The translations under genes were made by a program, and so were the position numbers. The notes below the pieces were generated by a model. It did no database searches, had not been told where the DNA came from, and saw only the letters and a program-made list of their open reading frames with translations. Below, piece after piece: positions 46,846 through 56,193 of a DNA stretch of 64,000 bases; the stretch's first letter is position 1, and each line of letters opens with the position of its first letter. Source of the DNA: an uncultured Chloroflexia bacterium (GTDB taxonomy: Bacteria; Chloroflexota; Limnocylindria; Limnocylindrales; CSP1-4); the NCBI GenBank assembly GCA_963778155.1, contig CAVZTK010000021.1, positions 351-64,350 on the forward strand, read 5' to 3'.

Positions 46846-47520
46846 GTGGAACCGTCGCCCGCGACCCGTTTTCGCGACCTGACCCTCGGTGGGTTCGTCG
46901 ACGAGCTCGGCTCCGCGGCACCCGTGCCCGGTGGCGGCAGCGCGTCGGCGGTCGCGGCCAGCCTCGGCGCCTCGCTGGTCGCCATGGTCGCGACGCTGTC
47001 GATGGGTCGGCCACGCTACGCCGAGCATGCCGACCTGCACGCGTGGGCGAACGCGTCCGGCCTGGCCCTGTCCGACCAATTCCTCGAGCTCGCGGACGAG
47101 GACGCCGCGGCGTACGCGGAGTTCGCGGCGGCGATGAAGCTGCCGCGCGAGACCGACGAGGAGCGTGCGACACGCACGGCGGCCCTCCAGGCCGCCGCTC
47201 GTCACGCCTCCGAGGTCCCGATGGCCTGCGTCGAGGCGTGTCTGGAGCTCGTGTCGGTCGCCGAGGCCCTCGCCGGCCGCAGCAACGTCAACGCCGCCAG
47301 CGATCTCAACGTCGCTGCCCTGCTCGGGGAGGCCGCCGCCCGTGGGGCCGGCGCCAACGTGATGATCAACCTGCCGTCGATCGGCGACCCCGACATCGAA
47401 GGCGAGCTGATGACCCGCGTCATGGAGCTGATGGCCGAGGTCGAGAACCTGGCCGCGTCGACACATGAGGCGGTCGGTGGCGAGCCTCGCGACCCGGTCC
47501 CGACCGCCGCGCGCGCCTGA
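46846..47520 (+). CDS. Cyclodeaminase/cyclohydrolase family protein (FTCD C-terminal-domain type; formimino-THF cyclodeaminase)
   Basis: GTG 46846 lies in track ORF 46687..47520. Sequence: [47 protein letters not shown]...[11 protein letters not shown]. Confidence 0.85.
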   Translation: MEPSPATRFRDLTLGGFVDELGSAAPVPGGGSASAVAASLGASLVAMVATLSMGRPRYAEHADLHAWANASGLALSDQFLELADEDAAAYAEFAAAMKLPRETDEERATRTAALQAAARHASEVPMACVEACLELVSVAEALAGRSNVNAASDLNVAALLGEAAARGAGANVMINLPSIGDPDIEGELMTRVMELMAEVENLAASTHEAVGGEPRDPVPTAARA

Positions 47521-47523
47521 TCG

Positions 47524-48425
47524 ATGCCCGACGCCGGCGCCCGTCTCCTCGAGGGCGCGCCCATCGCGAACGAGATCCGGACCGCCGTCGCCGAGGACGT
47601 CGTGACCTTCACGGCCGCACACGGTCGTCCACCCGGGCTGGCGGTGGTGATCGTCGGCCGTGACGCGCCGTCGACGGTCTATCTCGAGCAGATCCTCCGC
47701 GGCTGCGCGAAGGTCGGGATCCGGGCCGAGTTCGTCGAGCTCGAGGGCGAGGCGACCGAGGCGGCCGTCGTGGCGACGCTCCACCAGCTGAACGCCGACC
47801 CGGACGTCGACGGTGTCATCGTCCAGATGCCGCTGCCACCGACCATCCGCCTGCGCGAGGTCATCGACGCCATCGATCCCGCCAAGGACATCGACGGCAT
47901 CCACCCGCTCAACGCCGGCCTCCTCCGCCTCGGCTACGACGGCTTCCTGCCGGCCACCGCCCACGCCGCGGTCGAGATCCTGCGCCGGTCCGGGCATCGA
48001 GATCGCGGGGCAGCGATGCGGTCGTCGTCGGGCGCTCGACGGTCGTCGGCATGCCGGCCGCGTTCCTCCTCGTCCGGGAGGACGCGACGGTCACGGTCTG
48101 CCATTCACGGACGCGCGACCTGGCCGGCCATGTCGGTCGAGCGGACATCGTGGTGGTCGCCGCCGGCCAGCCCGGCCTGATCACCGGTGCGATGCTCAAG
48201 CGCGGCGCGGTCGTCGTCGACGTCGGCATCAACGTCGTCGACGGGCGGATCGTCGGCGACGTCGACTTCGCCTCGGCGGTCGGTGTCGCCTCGGCGATCA
48301 CGCCGGTCCCGGGCGGCGTCGGGCCGCTCACCAACGCCCTGCTGCTGACCCACCTCATCCGCGCCGCCGAACGTCAGGCCGCGGCTCGACCACTGCCCTC
48401 CGCCGCACTCCGAGGAGACCGATGA
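47524..48425 (+). CDS. folD: Bifunctional methylene-THF dehydrogenase / methenyl-THF cyclohydrolase FolD, two frame shifts near 47990 and 48020
   Basis: ORF 47524..48180 carries the N-terminal part: [61 protein letters not shown] 48051..48425 carries the C-terminal part: [67 protein letters not shown]. Confidence 0.85.
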
Positions 48426-50128
48426 GCTTCCCATCCGACCTCGAGATCGCCCGTGCCGTCACCCCACGCCCGATCGTGGACGTGGCCCGCGACCTCGGCC
48501 TCCACGACGACGAGCTCGAGCTGTACGGCTCGACCAAGGCCAAGGTGACGCTCGCGGCGATCGACCGGCTCGAGCGCGAGCGACCGCGCGGCAAGTACGT
48601 CCTCGTCACGGCGATCACGCCGACGCCGCTCGGCGAGGGCAAGTCGACCACCACGGTCGGGCTGGCCCAGGGCCTGAACCGCATCGGCAAGCGGGCGGCG
48701 GTCGCCATCCGCCAGCCATCGCTCGGCCCGGTCTTCGGGATCAAGGGCGGCGCGGCCGGCGGCGGCTACAGCCAGGTCATCCCGATGGAGGACTTCAACC
48801 TCCACCTGACCGGCGACGTCCACGCCATCGGCGCCGCCCACAACCTGGCCGCCGCCTTCCTCGACAACCACCTCCATCACAAGAACGCGCTGGGGATCGA
48901 CCCGCTCGGGATCCTCTGGCCGCGGGTCGTCGACATCAGCGACCGGGCCCTCCGTCACGTGGTCATCGGCCTCGGCGGCCGCGAGGACGGCATCCCGCGC
49001 GAGACCGAGTTCGTCATCACCGTCGCGTCGGAGGTGATGGCCGTGCTCGCCCTCGCGTCGGACCTGTACGACCTGCGGGCGCGGCTCGGCCGGATCGTCC
49101 TGGCCACCACGACCGACGGCAAGGCCGGTCACCGCGGAGGACCTCAAGGTCGCCGGGGCGATGACCGTCCTGCTGCGCGACGCGATCAAGCCGAACCTGC
49201 TCCAGACGCTCGAGGGCGGGCCGGCCTTCGTCCACTGCGGTCCGTTCGCCAACATCGCCCACGGCAACAACTCGATCCTCGCCGACCGCCTGGCGCTGGC
49301 GACCAACGAGATCGTCTGCACCGAGGCCGGCTTCGGGGCCGACATGGGCGCCGAGAAGTTCTTCGACATCAAGTGCCGGGCGTCGGGACTCAGCCCGGAC
49401 GCGGCCGTCATGGTCGCCACGGTCCGGGCGCTCAAGATGCACGGCGGCGTCGGCAAGATCGTGGCCGGCAAGCCGCTCGATCCGGCCCTGCTCGAGGAGA
49501 ACGTCGACGCGGTCCGGCGCGGCGCCCGAACCTGGCCAAGCAGATCGAGAACGTGACGATGTACGGGGTCCCGGCGGTCGTCGCGATCAACGCGTTCCCG
49601 ACCGACACGCCGGCCGAGGTCGAGGCGATCCGCGAGGTCGCGCTGGCGGCCGGTGCCCGGGACGCGGTCGTCGCCACCCACTTCGTCGACGGCGGCAAGG
49701 GCGCCGAGGCGCTCGCCGAGGCCGTCTGGGCGGCGACCGAGGCGGGCGACGCCGACTTCGAGCTGCTGTACCCGGACGAGATGCCGCTGGTCGAGAAGAT
49801 CGAGACGATCGCCACGCGGGTCTACGGCGCCGACGGCGTCGACTTCCTGCCGGCGGCGCGCAAGGCGCTCAAGCAGTTCGAGGAGCTCGGCTTCGGGCAC
49901 CTGCCGATCTGCATGGCCAAGACGCAGTACTCGCTCAGCCACGACGCCAACCTCAAGGGCCGCCCGACCGGCTTCCGCGTGCCGATCCGCGACGTCCGGC
50001 TCTCGGCCGGCGCCGGATTCGTCACGCCGCTGTGCGGCGAGATGCGGACGATGCCCGGGCTGCCGTCCCGCCCCGGCGGCGAGAAGATCGACATCGACGC
50101 CGAGGGGAACATCGTCGGCCTGTTCTGA
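48422..50128 (+). CDS. fhs: Formate-tetrahydrofolate ligase, with a compensating pair of frame shifts (+1 near 49127, -1 near 49525)
   Basis: ATG 48422 forms an ATGA overlap. Motifs: [35 protein letters not shown]. The middle segment is readable only in ORF 49161..49556 ([38 protein letters not shown]...[19 protein letters not shown]). The C-terminus has [13 protein letters not shown]. Confidence 0.9.
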   Translation: MSFPSDLEIARAVTPRPIVDVARDLGLHDDELELYGSTKAKVTLAAIDRLERERPRGKYVLVTAITPTPLGEGKSTTTVGLAQGLNRIGKRAAVAIRQPSLGPVFGIKGGAAGGGYSQVIPMEDFNLHLTGDVHAIGAAHNLAAAFLDNHLHHKNALGIDPLGILWPRVVDISDRALRHVVIGLGGREDGIPRETEFVITVASEVMAVLALASDLYDLRARLGRIVLATTTDGKAGHRGGPQGRRGDDRPAARRDQAEPAPDARGRAGLRPLRSVRQHRPRQQLDPRRPPGAGDQRDRLHRGRLRGRHGRREVLRHQVPGVGTQPGRGRHGRHGPGAQDARRRRQDRGRQAARSGPARGERRRGPARRPNLAKQIENVTMYGVPAVVAINAFPTDTPAEVEAIREVALAAGARDAVVATHFVDGGKGAEALAEAVWAATEAGDADFELLYPDEMPLVEKIETIATRVYGADGVDFLPAARKALKQFEELGFGHLPICMAKTQYSLSHDANLKGRPTGFRVPIRDVRLSAGAGFVTPLCGEMRTMPGLPSRPGGEKIDIDAEGNIVGLF

Positions 50129-50159
50129 GGCCCCTGAGCGCGCCCGCGAGGCGCGGCGA

Positions 50160-50390
50160 TCAGGTCGGCGAGGCCGTCGCCGCGGCGAAGCAGATCGCGA
50201 TGGCCGCACCGATCACGACACCGAGCACTCCTGCGCCCCAGGCGTAGACATCGATCGGGCCGAGGGCCGCGCCCTCGTCCTCGTGGGCATGGTCGTCGTG
50301 CCCGTGGTCGTCGCCGTGGTCATCGGTCGCGTGATGGGCGACGGCCCCGGCGTGACCCGGGACGTCGCTGCCGTGCTGGTCTGCGGTCAT
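50160..50390 (-). CDS. Small His/Asp-rich protein with a C-terminal TM anchor (76 aa); hypothetical
   Basis: ATG 50390 lies within track ORF 50160..53423. Sequence: MTADQHGSDVPGHAGAVAHHATDDHGDDHGHDDHAHEDEG...VYAWGAGVLGVVIGAAIAICFAAATA. The RBS spacing is poor (GGAGG 14 nt upstream). Confidence 0.4.
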   Translation of the reverse strand: MTADQHGSDVPGHAGAVAHHATDDHGDDHGHDDHAHEDEGAALGPIDVYAWGAGVLGVVIGAAIAICFAAATASPT

Positions 50391-50438
50391 CGCGTCGTGT
50401 CCAACCTCCGGCACACATTCTGGCACGGCCCCCGCCCC

Positions 50439-50444
50439 TAGAAT
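50439..50444 (+). promoter_or_regulatory. Putative -10 hexamer TAGAAT, 6 nt upstream of GTG 50451 (leaderless-type)
   Basis: TAGAAT ccaccg GTG read directly. Confidence 0.4.
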
Positions 50445-50450
50445 CCACCG

Positions 50451-51749
50451 GTGACCGCCCCGGCCCCCGCAGTCGATCCCGGCCTCGTGGCCAGCCTGCG
50501 CGGCCTCGATCGTGACGGACGTCTGTTGTTCGCGATGCGGACGTTGCGGATGTTCGGGTACGGGTTCCTCGCGGTCGTCCTGGTGCTCTACCTCGCCGCG
50601 GCCGGCCTCGACCCGCTGGCCATCGGCATCGTGCTGACCCTGACGCTCATCGGCGACACGATCATCTCGCTGTGGCTCACGACCAATGCCGACCGGCTCG
50701 GCCGCCGGCGCGTGCTGATCGCGGGCGCGGCGCTGATGCTTCTGGCGGGCGTGGTCTTCGCGTTCACGACCTGGCTGCCGCTGCTGATCCTGGCCGGGGC
50801 GATCGGGGTCGTCTCGCCGACCGGCAACGAGGTCGGGCCGTTCCTCGCCATCGAGCAGGCGGCGCTCACCCAGACCATCGCCGACCAGCGACGGACCGCG
50901 ACGTTCGCCTGGTACAACCTCGTCGGCTATGTCGCCACCGCGACTGGCGCGCTCGGCGCCGGGCTGCTCAGCCAGGCGCTGCTCGACGGTGGTGTCGCCC
51001 CGCTCGACGCGTACCGCGCGGTGGTCATCGGTTACGCGGTGATCGGCATCGCCATGGCGATCGGCTTCTGGCAGCTCGACGCCGCCATCGAGGCGCCACC
51101 CGCGACCGTGTCGACCGATGGCATCCGCCGGCGGTTCGGCCTCGGTCGCTCGAGGGGCGTCGTGCTCAAGCTGTCGGTCCTGTTCTCGATCGACGCGTTC
51201 GGTGGCGGGTTCATCCCGCAGAGCCTGATGGCCTACTGGTTCCACGTGCAGTACGGCGTCGAGCCGGCGGTCCTCGGCGCGATCTTCTTCTTCGCCAACC
51301 TGCTGGCCGCGGTGTCGTCGCTGTCCGCGGCGCGGATCGCGGCGCGGATCGGTCTGATCAACACGATGGTCTTCACCCACATCCCGTCGAACGTGCTGCT
51401 GATCCTCGTGCCGCTGATGCCGAACCTGCAGCTGGCGATCGCGGTGCTGCTGCTCCGCTTCAGCCTCAGCCAGATGGATGTCCCGACCCGCCAGTCGTAC
51501 GTGATGGCCGTGGTCGACCCGGACGAGCGCTCGGCGGCGGCCGGGGTGACCGGCATCGCCCGGACGACCGGCGCGGCCATCTCGCCGTCGTTCGCGTCGG
51601 TGCTGGTCGCCAGCGCCGGCTACGCCGCGCTCCCGTTCTACCTGGCGGGCGGCTTCAAGATCCTGTACGACCTGCTGATGTACCGCGAGTTCCGCAACGT
51701 GCGTCCGCCCGAGGAGCGGCGCGATCAGCCGGCGGCATCCCGGGGCTGA
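50451..51749 (+). CDS. MFS transporter (intact, 432 aa)
   Basis: Track ORF 50451..51749. About 12 TM segments. Motifs: LTTNADRLGRRRVLIAGAALM and SYVMAVVDPDERSAAAGVTGIARTTGAAISP. Confidence 0.8.
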   Translation: MTAPAPAVDPGLVASLRGLDRDGRLLFAMRTLRMFGYGFLAVVLVLYLAAAGLDPLAIGIVLTLTLIGDTIISLWLTTNADRLGRRRVLIAGAALMLLAGVVFAFTTWLPLLILAGAIGVVSPTGNEVGPFLAIEQAALTQTIADQRRTATFAWYNLVGYVATATGALGAGLLSQALLDGGVAPLDAYRAVVIGYAVIGIAMAIGFWQLDAAIEAPPATVSTDGIRRRFGLGRSRGVVLKLSVLFSIDAFGGGFIPQSLMAYWFHVQYGVEPAVLGAIFFFANLLAAVSSLSAARIAARIGLINTMVFTHIPSNVLLILVPLMPNLQLAIAVLLLRFSLSQMDVPTRQSYVMAVVDPDERSAAAGVTGIARTTGAAISPSFASVLVASAGYAALPFYLAGGFKILYDLLMYREFRNVRPPEERRDQPAASRG

Positions 51750-52456
51750 CGGCGCGGCCGGCCGGGCGACCCGAGCCGCCACCAGACGAACAGCGCGATG
51801 GCGAGCACGACCACGATCCCGACGATCAGGTCGAACGGCTGGAGCGCCTGGCGGATCTGCTTCCAGTTCGAGCCGAGGACCGTCCCCGCGTAGACCAGCA
51901 GCATCGACCACAGGAAGGCGCCCGCCGTCGAGAAGGCGATGAACCGCCCGAGCGGCATACGCGCCACCCCGGCCGGGAAGCTGATGAAGGTCCGGACGAT
52001 CGGGAGCAGCCGGCCGATGAACACGGTCGCGCCGCCGTGCCGGACGAAGAAGGCATCGGCCACGTCGATCTCGTGCGGGCGGATCAGCAGGTAGCGGCCA
52101 TAGCGCTCGAGCAACGGCCGTCCGCCGTAGGCGCCGAGGCCGTAGGCGATCAACGAGCCGAACGTGTTGCCGATGGTCGCCGCGATCACCACGAGCCAGA
52201 AGTTCCAGGGCTGGCCGGTCAGCGGCTCGATCTGGCTCGGGTCCGAGACGAGGAACCCGGCGTACGGCAGGATCAGCTCGGAGGGGAGCGGGATCATCGC
52301 CGATTCGATCGTCATCGCGATCATCACGCCGAGGTAGCCGACCGCCCCATACAGGCTGTTGAGCAACGGGATGACGACGTTGTCGATGAACGCGAGCACG
52401 TGGACCTCGTGGCTGTCGGGTGGGCGCCGGGCAGCATAGCCGACTATCCTCGGCAC
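51725..52456 (-). CDS. DedA-family membrane protein; likely start GTG 52399
   Basis: Track ORF 51725..52456. Motifs: YLGVMIAMTIESAMIPLPSELILPYAGFLV, RHGGATVFIGRLLPIVRTFISFPAGVARM. Confidence 0.85.
   Translation of the reverse strand: MPRIVGYAARRPPDSHEVHVLAFIDNVVIPLLNSLYGAVGYLGVMIAMTIESAMIPLPSELILPYAGFLVSDPSQIEPLTGQPWNFWLVVIAATIGNTFGSLIAYGLGAYGGRPLLERYGRYLLIRPHEIDVADAFFVRHGGATVFIGRLLPIVRTFISFPAGVARMPLGRFIAFSTAGAFLWSMLLVYAGTVLGSNWKQIRQALQPFDLIVGIVVVLAIALFVWWRLGSPGRPRRQPRDAAG
52445..52450 (+). promoter_or_regulatory. Putative -10 hexamer TATCCT, 7 nt upstream of GTG 52458
   Basis: TATCCT cggcacg GTG read directly. Confidence 0.3.
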
Positions 52457-52457
52457 G

Positions 52458-54116
52458 GTGAGCGAACCGGAGGTCCCCCACTTCTACCCGGACCGCCGAG
52501 CCGCCTCGTCCGACGGCCCGGCGGCCGCCACGACGGTCGTCCTCACCGGCGCCGACCTGACGATCGCCGAGGTCGAGGCGGTCGCCCGCGCGGGAGCCAC
52601 GGTCGCGCTCGACGTGCACGCACGCGAGCGGATGCAGGAGGCGCGCGACGTCGTCGAGGCCCTCGTCGCCGAGGGCGCGGTGGTCTACGGCGTCACGACC
52701 GGGTTCGGTGCACTCGCCTCGACCCGGATCGAGCCCGCCGACGCCGGCCGGCTCCAGGAGAACCTGCTGATGAGCCACGCGGCCGGCGTCGGGCCGGCCT
52801 TTCCGCGCGAGGTCGTGCGGGCGATGCTGCTCCTCCGGGCGAACACGCTGGCGCTCGGTCACAGCGGCTGCCGGGCGCTGCTGGTGGACCGCTTGCTCGA
52901 GTTCCTTGCCGCCGGGATCCACCCGGTCGTGCCGGAGCAGGGGAGCGTCGGGGCGTCGGGCGATCTCGCGCCTCTGGCGCATCTCGCGCTGCCGCTCATC
53001 GGCCGCGGCCGGGTCGAGTTCCAGGGGAGCGTGACGCCGGCACTCGTGGCGCTGCGCGAGGCCGGTCTGGAGCCACTCACCCTCGAGGCGAAGGAGGGGC
53101 TCGCCCTCCTCAACGGCACCCAGATGATGAGCGCGATCGGGGCGCTCCTGCTCGCCGACGCGGACCGGCTGGCGGGCACGGCGAGCGTGGTCGCCGCGAT
53201 GACCGTCGAGGCGCTGCTCGGGACGGACGTCGCGTTCGCGGCGGCCTACCAGCTCGCGCGGCCGCACCCCGGGCAGGTCGCGGTCGCCGCCGAGCTGCGC
53301 CACCTGCTGCGCGACAGCGCGCTGCAGACCGGCCACCACGGGCACGCGCACAAGGTCCAGGACCCGTATTCGCTGCGCTGCATCCCGCAGGTCCACGGCG
53401 CGGTCCGCGACACGCTCGACCACCTGCGACGGGTCCTCGACATCGAGCTCAACTCAGCCACCGACAACCCGCTCGTCTTCCCGGGCGGCGGCGTCGCCGA
53501 CGTGGATACGCTCGCCACCGGCGGTGGTCGGGTGATCAGCGGTGGCAACTTCCACGGCGAGCCGATCGCGCTGGCGCTCGACTTCGCGAAGATCGCCCTG
53601 GCCGAGCTCGGTTCGATCAGCGAGCGACGGACGGCGCTGCTGGTCGACCCACGCCTCAACGGCGGGCTGCCACCGTTCCTCGCCGCGGACTCCGGCCTCG
53701 ACTCGGGGATGATGATCTACCAGTACACGGCGGCCGCCCTCGTCTCCGAGAACAAGGTCCTGGCGCATCCCGCGTCGGTCGACTCGATCCCGACGAGTGC
53801 CAACCAGGAGGACCACGTGTCGATGGGCTCGATCTCGGCCCGCCACGCCCGCGCGGTCCTCGGCCATGTCGAGACGATCCTGGCGATCGAGCTGCTCGTG
53901 GCGGCGCAGGCGCTCGACCTGCGCGTCGGCGGACCCGACGGCGCGGCACCGGGTTCGGGCGTGGCCGAGGCGCTCGCACGGGTGCGCGAGCGAGTCCGCC
54001 ATCTCGACGGCGATCGCGAACCCGGGCCCGACCTGGCGATGGCGACCGCGATGGTCCACGACGGAGCCTTGGCCGACCTGGCCGGGCCGGCGGATCTGGC
54101 AGGGGGGACAGCGTGA
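52458..54116 (+). CDS. hutH: Histidine ammonia-lyase
   Basis: Track ORF 52458..54116. Motifs: YGVTTGFGALAS, MIO-forming GSVGASGDLAPLAHLAL, QEDHVSMG. Confidence 0.9.
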   Translation: MSEPEVPHFYPDRRAASSDGPAAATTVVLTGADLTIAEVEAVARAGATVALDVHARERMQEARDVVEALVAEGAVVYGVTTGFGALASTRIEPADAGRLQENLLMSHAAGVGPAFPREVVRAMLLLRANTLALGHSGCRALLVDRLLEFLAAGIHPVVPEQGSVGASGDLAPLAHLALPLIGRGRVEFQGSVTPALVALREAGLEPLTLEAKEGLALLNGTQMMSAIGALLLADADRLAGTASVVAAMTVEALLGTDVAFAAAYQLARPHPGQVAVAAELRHLLRDSALQTGHHGHAHKVQDPYSLRCIPQVHGAVRDTLDHLRRVLDIELNSATDNPLVFPGGGVADVDTLATGGGRVISGGNFHGEPIALALDFAKIALAELGSISERRTALLVDPRLNGGLPPFLAADSGLDSGMMIYQYTAAALVSENKVLAHPASVDSIPTSANQEDHVSMGSISARHARAVLGHVETILAIELLVAAQALDLRVGGPDGAAPGSGVAEALARVRERVRHLDGDREPGPDLAMATAMVHDGALADLAGPADLAGGTA

Positions 54117-55294
54117 CGGAGGAGGCCCTGACGGCCGACGTCATCGTCATCGGCGCGGGCGTCCAGGGCACGAGTCTCGCGTTCCACCTCGCCAGCCGCG
54201 GGGCTCGGGTCATGGTCGTCGAGCGTGAGACGACTGCCGCCGGTGCGACCGGCCGGTCGTCGGGCTTCGTCCGGATGCACTACGACCTCGAGAGCGACGC
54301 GCGGCTGGCATGGCTGTCGTTCCCGTACTTCCTCGACTGGCAGGGTCGCGTCGGCGCCGGCGACTGCGCGTTCGTCCGGACCGGCTTCCTCCAGGTGTTC
54401 TCGCCGGCGCTCGTCGACGCGGTCGTCGCCAACGTCGCCAGCCACCAGCGGATCGGCATCGATACCCGGACGGTCACCCCGCTCGAGGTCGCCGAGCTGG
54501 TCCCGGGCGTCGTCCTCGACGGCATCGCGATCGGGGCGTTCGAGCCGCAGTCGGGCTACGCCGACCCATCGGGGACGGCAGCCGGCTTCCTCGAGGCGGC
54601 CCGGCGCCTGGGCGCGACCTATCTGCACGGATGCCGCGTGACCGGTGTCGTCGTCGAGGGCGAGCGGGTGGTCGGCGTCGACTCGGATCGCGGCCGACTC
54701 GCTGCGCCGGTCGTCGTCGACGCCGCCGGCGCCTGGGCCGCGGCTCTGGCCCGGACCGTCGGTGTGGAGGTGCCGGTCCAGCCGTGGCGCCACGACACGG
54801 CGTTCTTCGGGCTGCCGTCCGGGCATCGTCCGGACTTCCCGATCGTCATCGACGAGATCAACGAGGTCTACTTCCGACCCGAGGGCCACGACATGATGCT
54901 CGTCGGGCTGGAGGGCTCGAACGAGGTCGGCGGCTCGCCCGACCGGCCGCTCACCGCCGCGACCCCGGCCGGGGTCGAGGACATGGTCCGTCGGCTGGTC
55001 GCCCGCGTCCCGTGGATGACCGACGGGACATTCAGGACGGCCCACGGCGGCCAGGACGGCATCACCCCCGACCAGCACCCGCTCATCGGCCCGGCCGGGC
55101 CGGACGGCTTCTATCTCCTCTGTGGGTTCTCCGGGACCGGCTTCAAGACGGCCCCCGCCATCGGCGCCTGCCTGGCCGAGCTCATCCTCGACGGCCGGAC
55201 GACGACGGCCGACATCTCGGGCTATGCGCCGGACCGGTTCGCGACCGGCCGTCCGCTCGTCGCGGAGCATCCGTACGGGGTCCTCTGGCGCTGA
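54113..55294 (+). CDS. FAD-dependent oxidoreductase (DAO / sarcosine-oxidase-beta-like)
   Basis: GTG 54113 forms a GTGA overlap with the hutH stop and is in frame within track ORF 50672..55294. Motifs: DVIVIGAGVQGTSLAFHLASRGARVMVVE, GFSGTGFKTAPAIG. Confidence 0.85.
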   Translation: MTEEALTADVIVIGAGVQGTSLAFHLASRGARVMVVERETTAAGATGRSSGFVRMHYDLESDARLAWLSFPYFLDWQGRVGAGDCAFVRTGFLQVFSPALVDAVVANVASHQRIGIDTRTVTPLEVAELVPGVVLDGIAIGAFEPQSGYADPSGTAAGFLEAARRLGATYLHGCRVTGVVVEGERVVGVDSDRGRLAAPVVVDAAGAWAAALARTVGVEVPVQPWRHDTAFFGLPSGHRPDFPIVIDEINEVYFRPEGHDMMLVGLEGSNEVGGSPDRPLTAATPAGVEDMVRRLVARVPWMTDGTFRTAHGGQDGITPDQHPLIGPAGPDGFYLLCGFSGTGFKTAPAIGACLAELILDGRTTTADISGYAPDRFATGRPLVAEHPYGVLWR

Positions 55295-55325
55295 GCGCCA
55301 GGGGCGCCGCGGTCGTCGGCCGCCG

Positions 55326-55331
55326 TAGACT
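55326..55331 (+). promoter_or_regulatory. Putative -10 hexamer TAGACT, 8 nt upstream of ATG 55340
   Basis: TAGACT tcgcgccg ATG read directly. Confidence 0.35.
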
Positions 55332-55339
55332 TCGCGCCG

Positions 55340-56119
55340 ATGGGTGACATCCGGATCGTCGACATCACCGACGTCGCCAGCTTCGGCCTGATCCCGCCGT
55401 GCGCGGATCCGGGTTTCGACCATCGCTCGTGCGACTACTGGGAGGATGACGCGCGTGGGTCGAAGGCGGCCCGGCTGTCGTGGCTGGAGCCGTCGAGCGC
55501 GCCGCGGTCGGCATCCGACGCGAAGCCACGCCCCGCGAACCCGTTCCTCGCCGATCTCGAGGCCAAGGCGCCGGCCGCCAACCCGTTCGCGACCGCGCGC
55601 CCGGCCAACCCGTTCCTGACACCGGGCGAGGACGACGACGGCCCGATCGACAATCCGTTCGCCCCGCCCCCCGTCCAGCGACAGACGGTCGGGGCCGAGG
55701 CACCACGCAAGCTTCAGCTGCTCGGTCGCGGGCTCGGGGTCGCCGGGAGCTACGCCAAGGTCCTGCTCGACGACGACGTCGCGAAGGCGTACGCACAGTT
55801 CGGGCCGTTGACCGCGTACCCGCGCGCCCAGCGGACGCGCGACCTCTATCCGGCGCTCCCGGACGCGCCCCTCCCCGCGGTCATCACCTGCATCGCCACC
55901 ACGGCCGAGGCACGCGGCGCCGGCCTCGCGCACACCCTGATCACGGCGATCTGCGAGGACCTGGCGGGTCGCGGCTTCACCGCGGTCGAGACCTACCCGG
56001 AGATCGGGTCGCGGCCGGACACGACGAGCGCCGCGACGCCCGGCTTCTGGGAATCGGTCGGGTTCGCCCGAGCCATCGACGACGAGCGCTTCCCGGTCAT
56101 GCGCCGTGAGCTCGCCTGA
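55340..56119 (+). CDS. GNAT-family acetyltransferase with a Cys-containing N-terminus and an inserted four-fold NPF-repeat linker
   Basis: Track ORF 55340..56119. Sequence features: [18 protein letters not shown]; ANPF x4 at 55529-55663; GNAT core [39 protein letters not shown]. Confidence 0.7.
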   Translation: MGDIRIVDITDVASFGLIPPCADPGFDHRSCDYWEDDARGSKAARLSWLEPSSAPRSASDAKPRPANPFLADLEAKAPAANPFATARPANPFLTPGEDDDGPIDNPFAPPPVQRQTVGAEAPRKLQLLGRGLGVAGSYAKVLLDDDVAKAYAQFGPLTAYPRAQRTRDLYPALPDAPLPAVITCIATTAEARGAGLAHTLITAICEDLAGRGFTAVETYPEIGSRPDTTSAATPGFWESVGFARAIDDERFPVMRRELA

Positions 56120-56178
56120 CCGGCGGCGGGTCGGGCGTCGGGCGGCCGACCCGCCTCGTCACCGCCGGGTCGCGGCGC

Positions 56179-56184
56179 TACCCT
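56179..56184 (+). promoter_or_regulatory. Putative -10 hexamer TACCCT, 9 nt upstream of ATG 56194
   Basis: TACCCT gacgccacg ATG read directly. Confidence 0.3.
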
Positions 56185-56193
56185 GACGCCACG

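Noticed and set aside
50160-55294. Very long track ORFs such as 50160..53423 (-), 50672..55294 (+), 42732..46028 (-) upstream part, 19342..21699 (-), 20655..22787 (-), 43770..46133 (+) upstream part, 4..819 (+) and 28142..30301 (+)
   Set aside because: Their translations are Arg/Pro/Gly/Asp-rich strings typical of off-frame or antisense reading of GC-rich DNA. Recognisable proteins occupy other frames or strands over the same coordinates.
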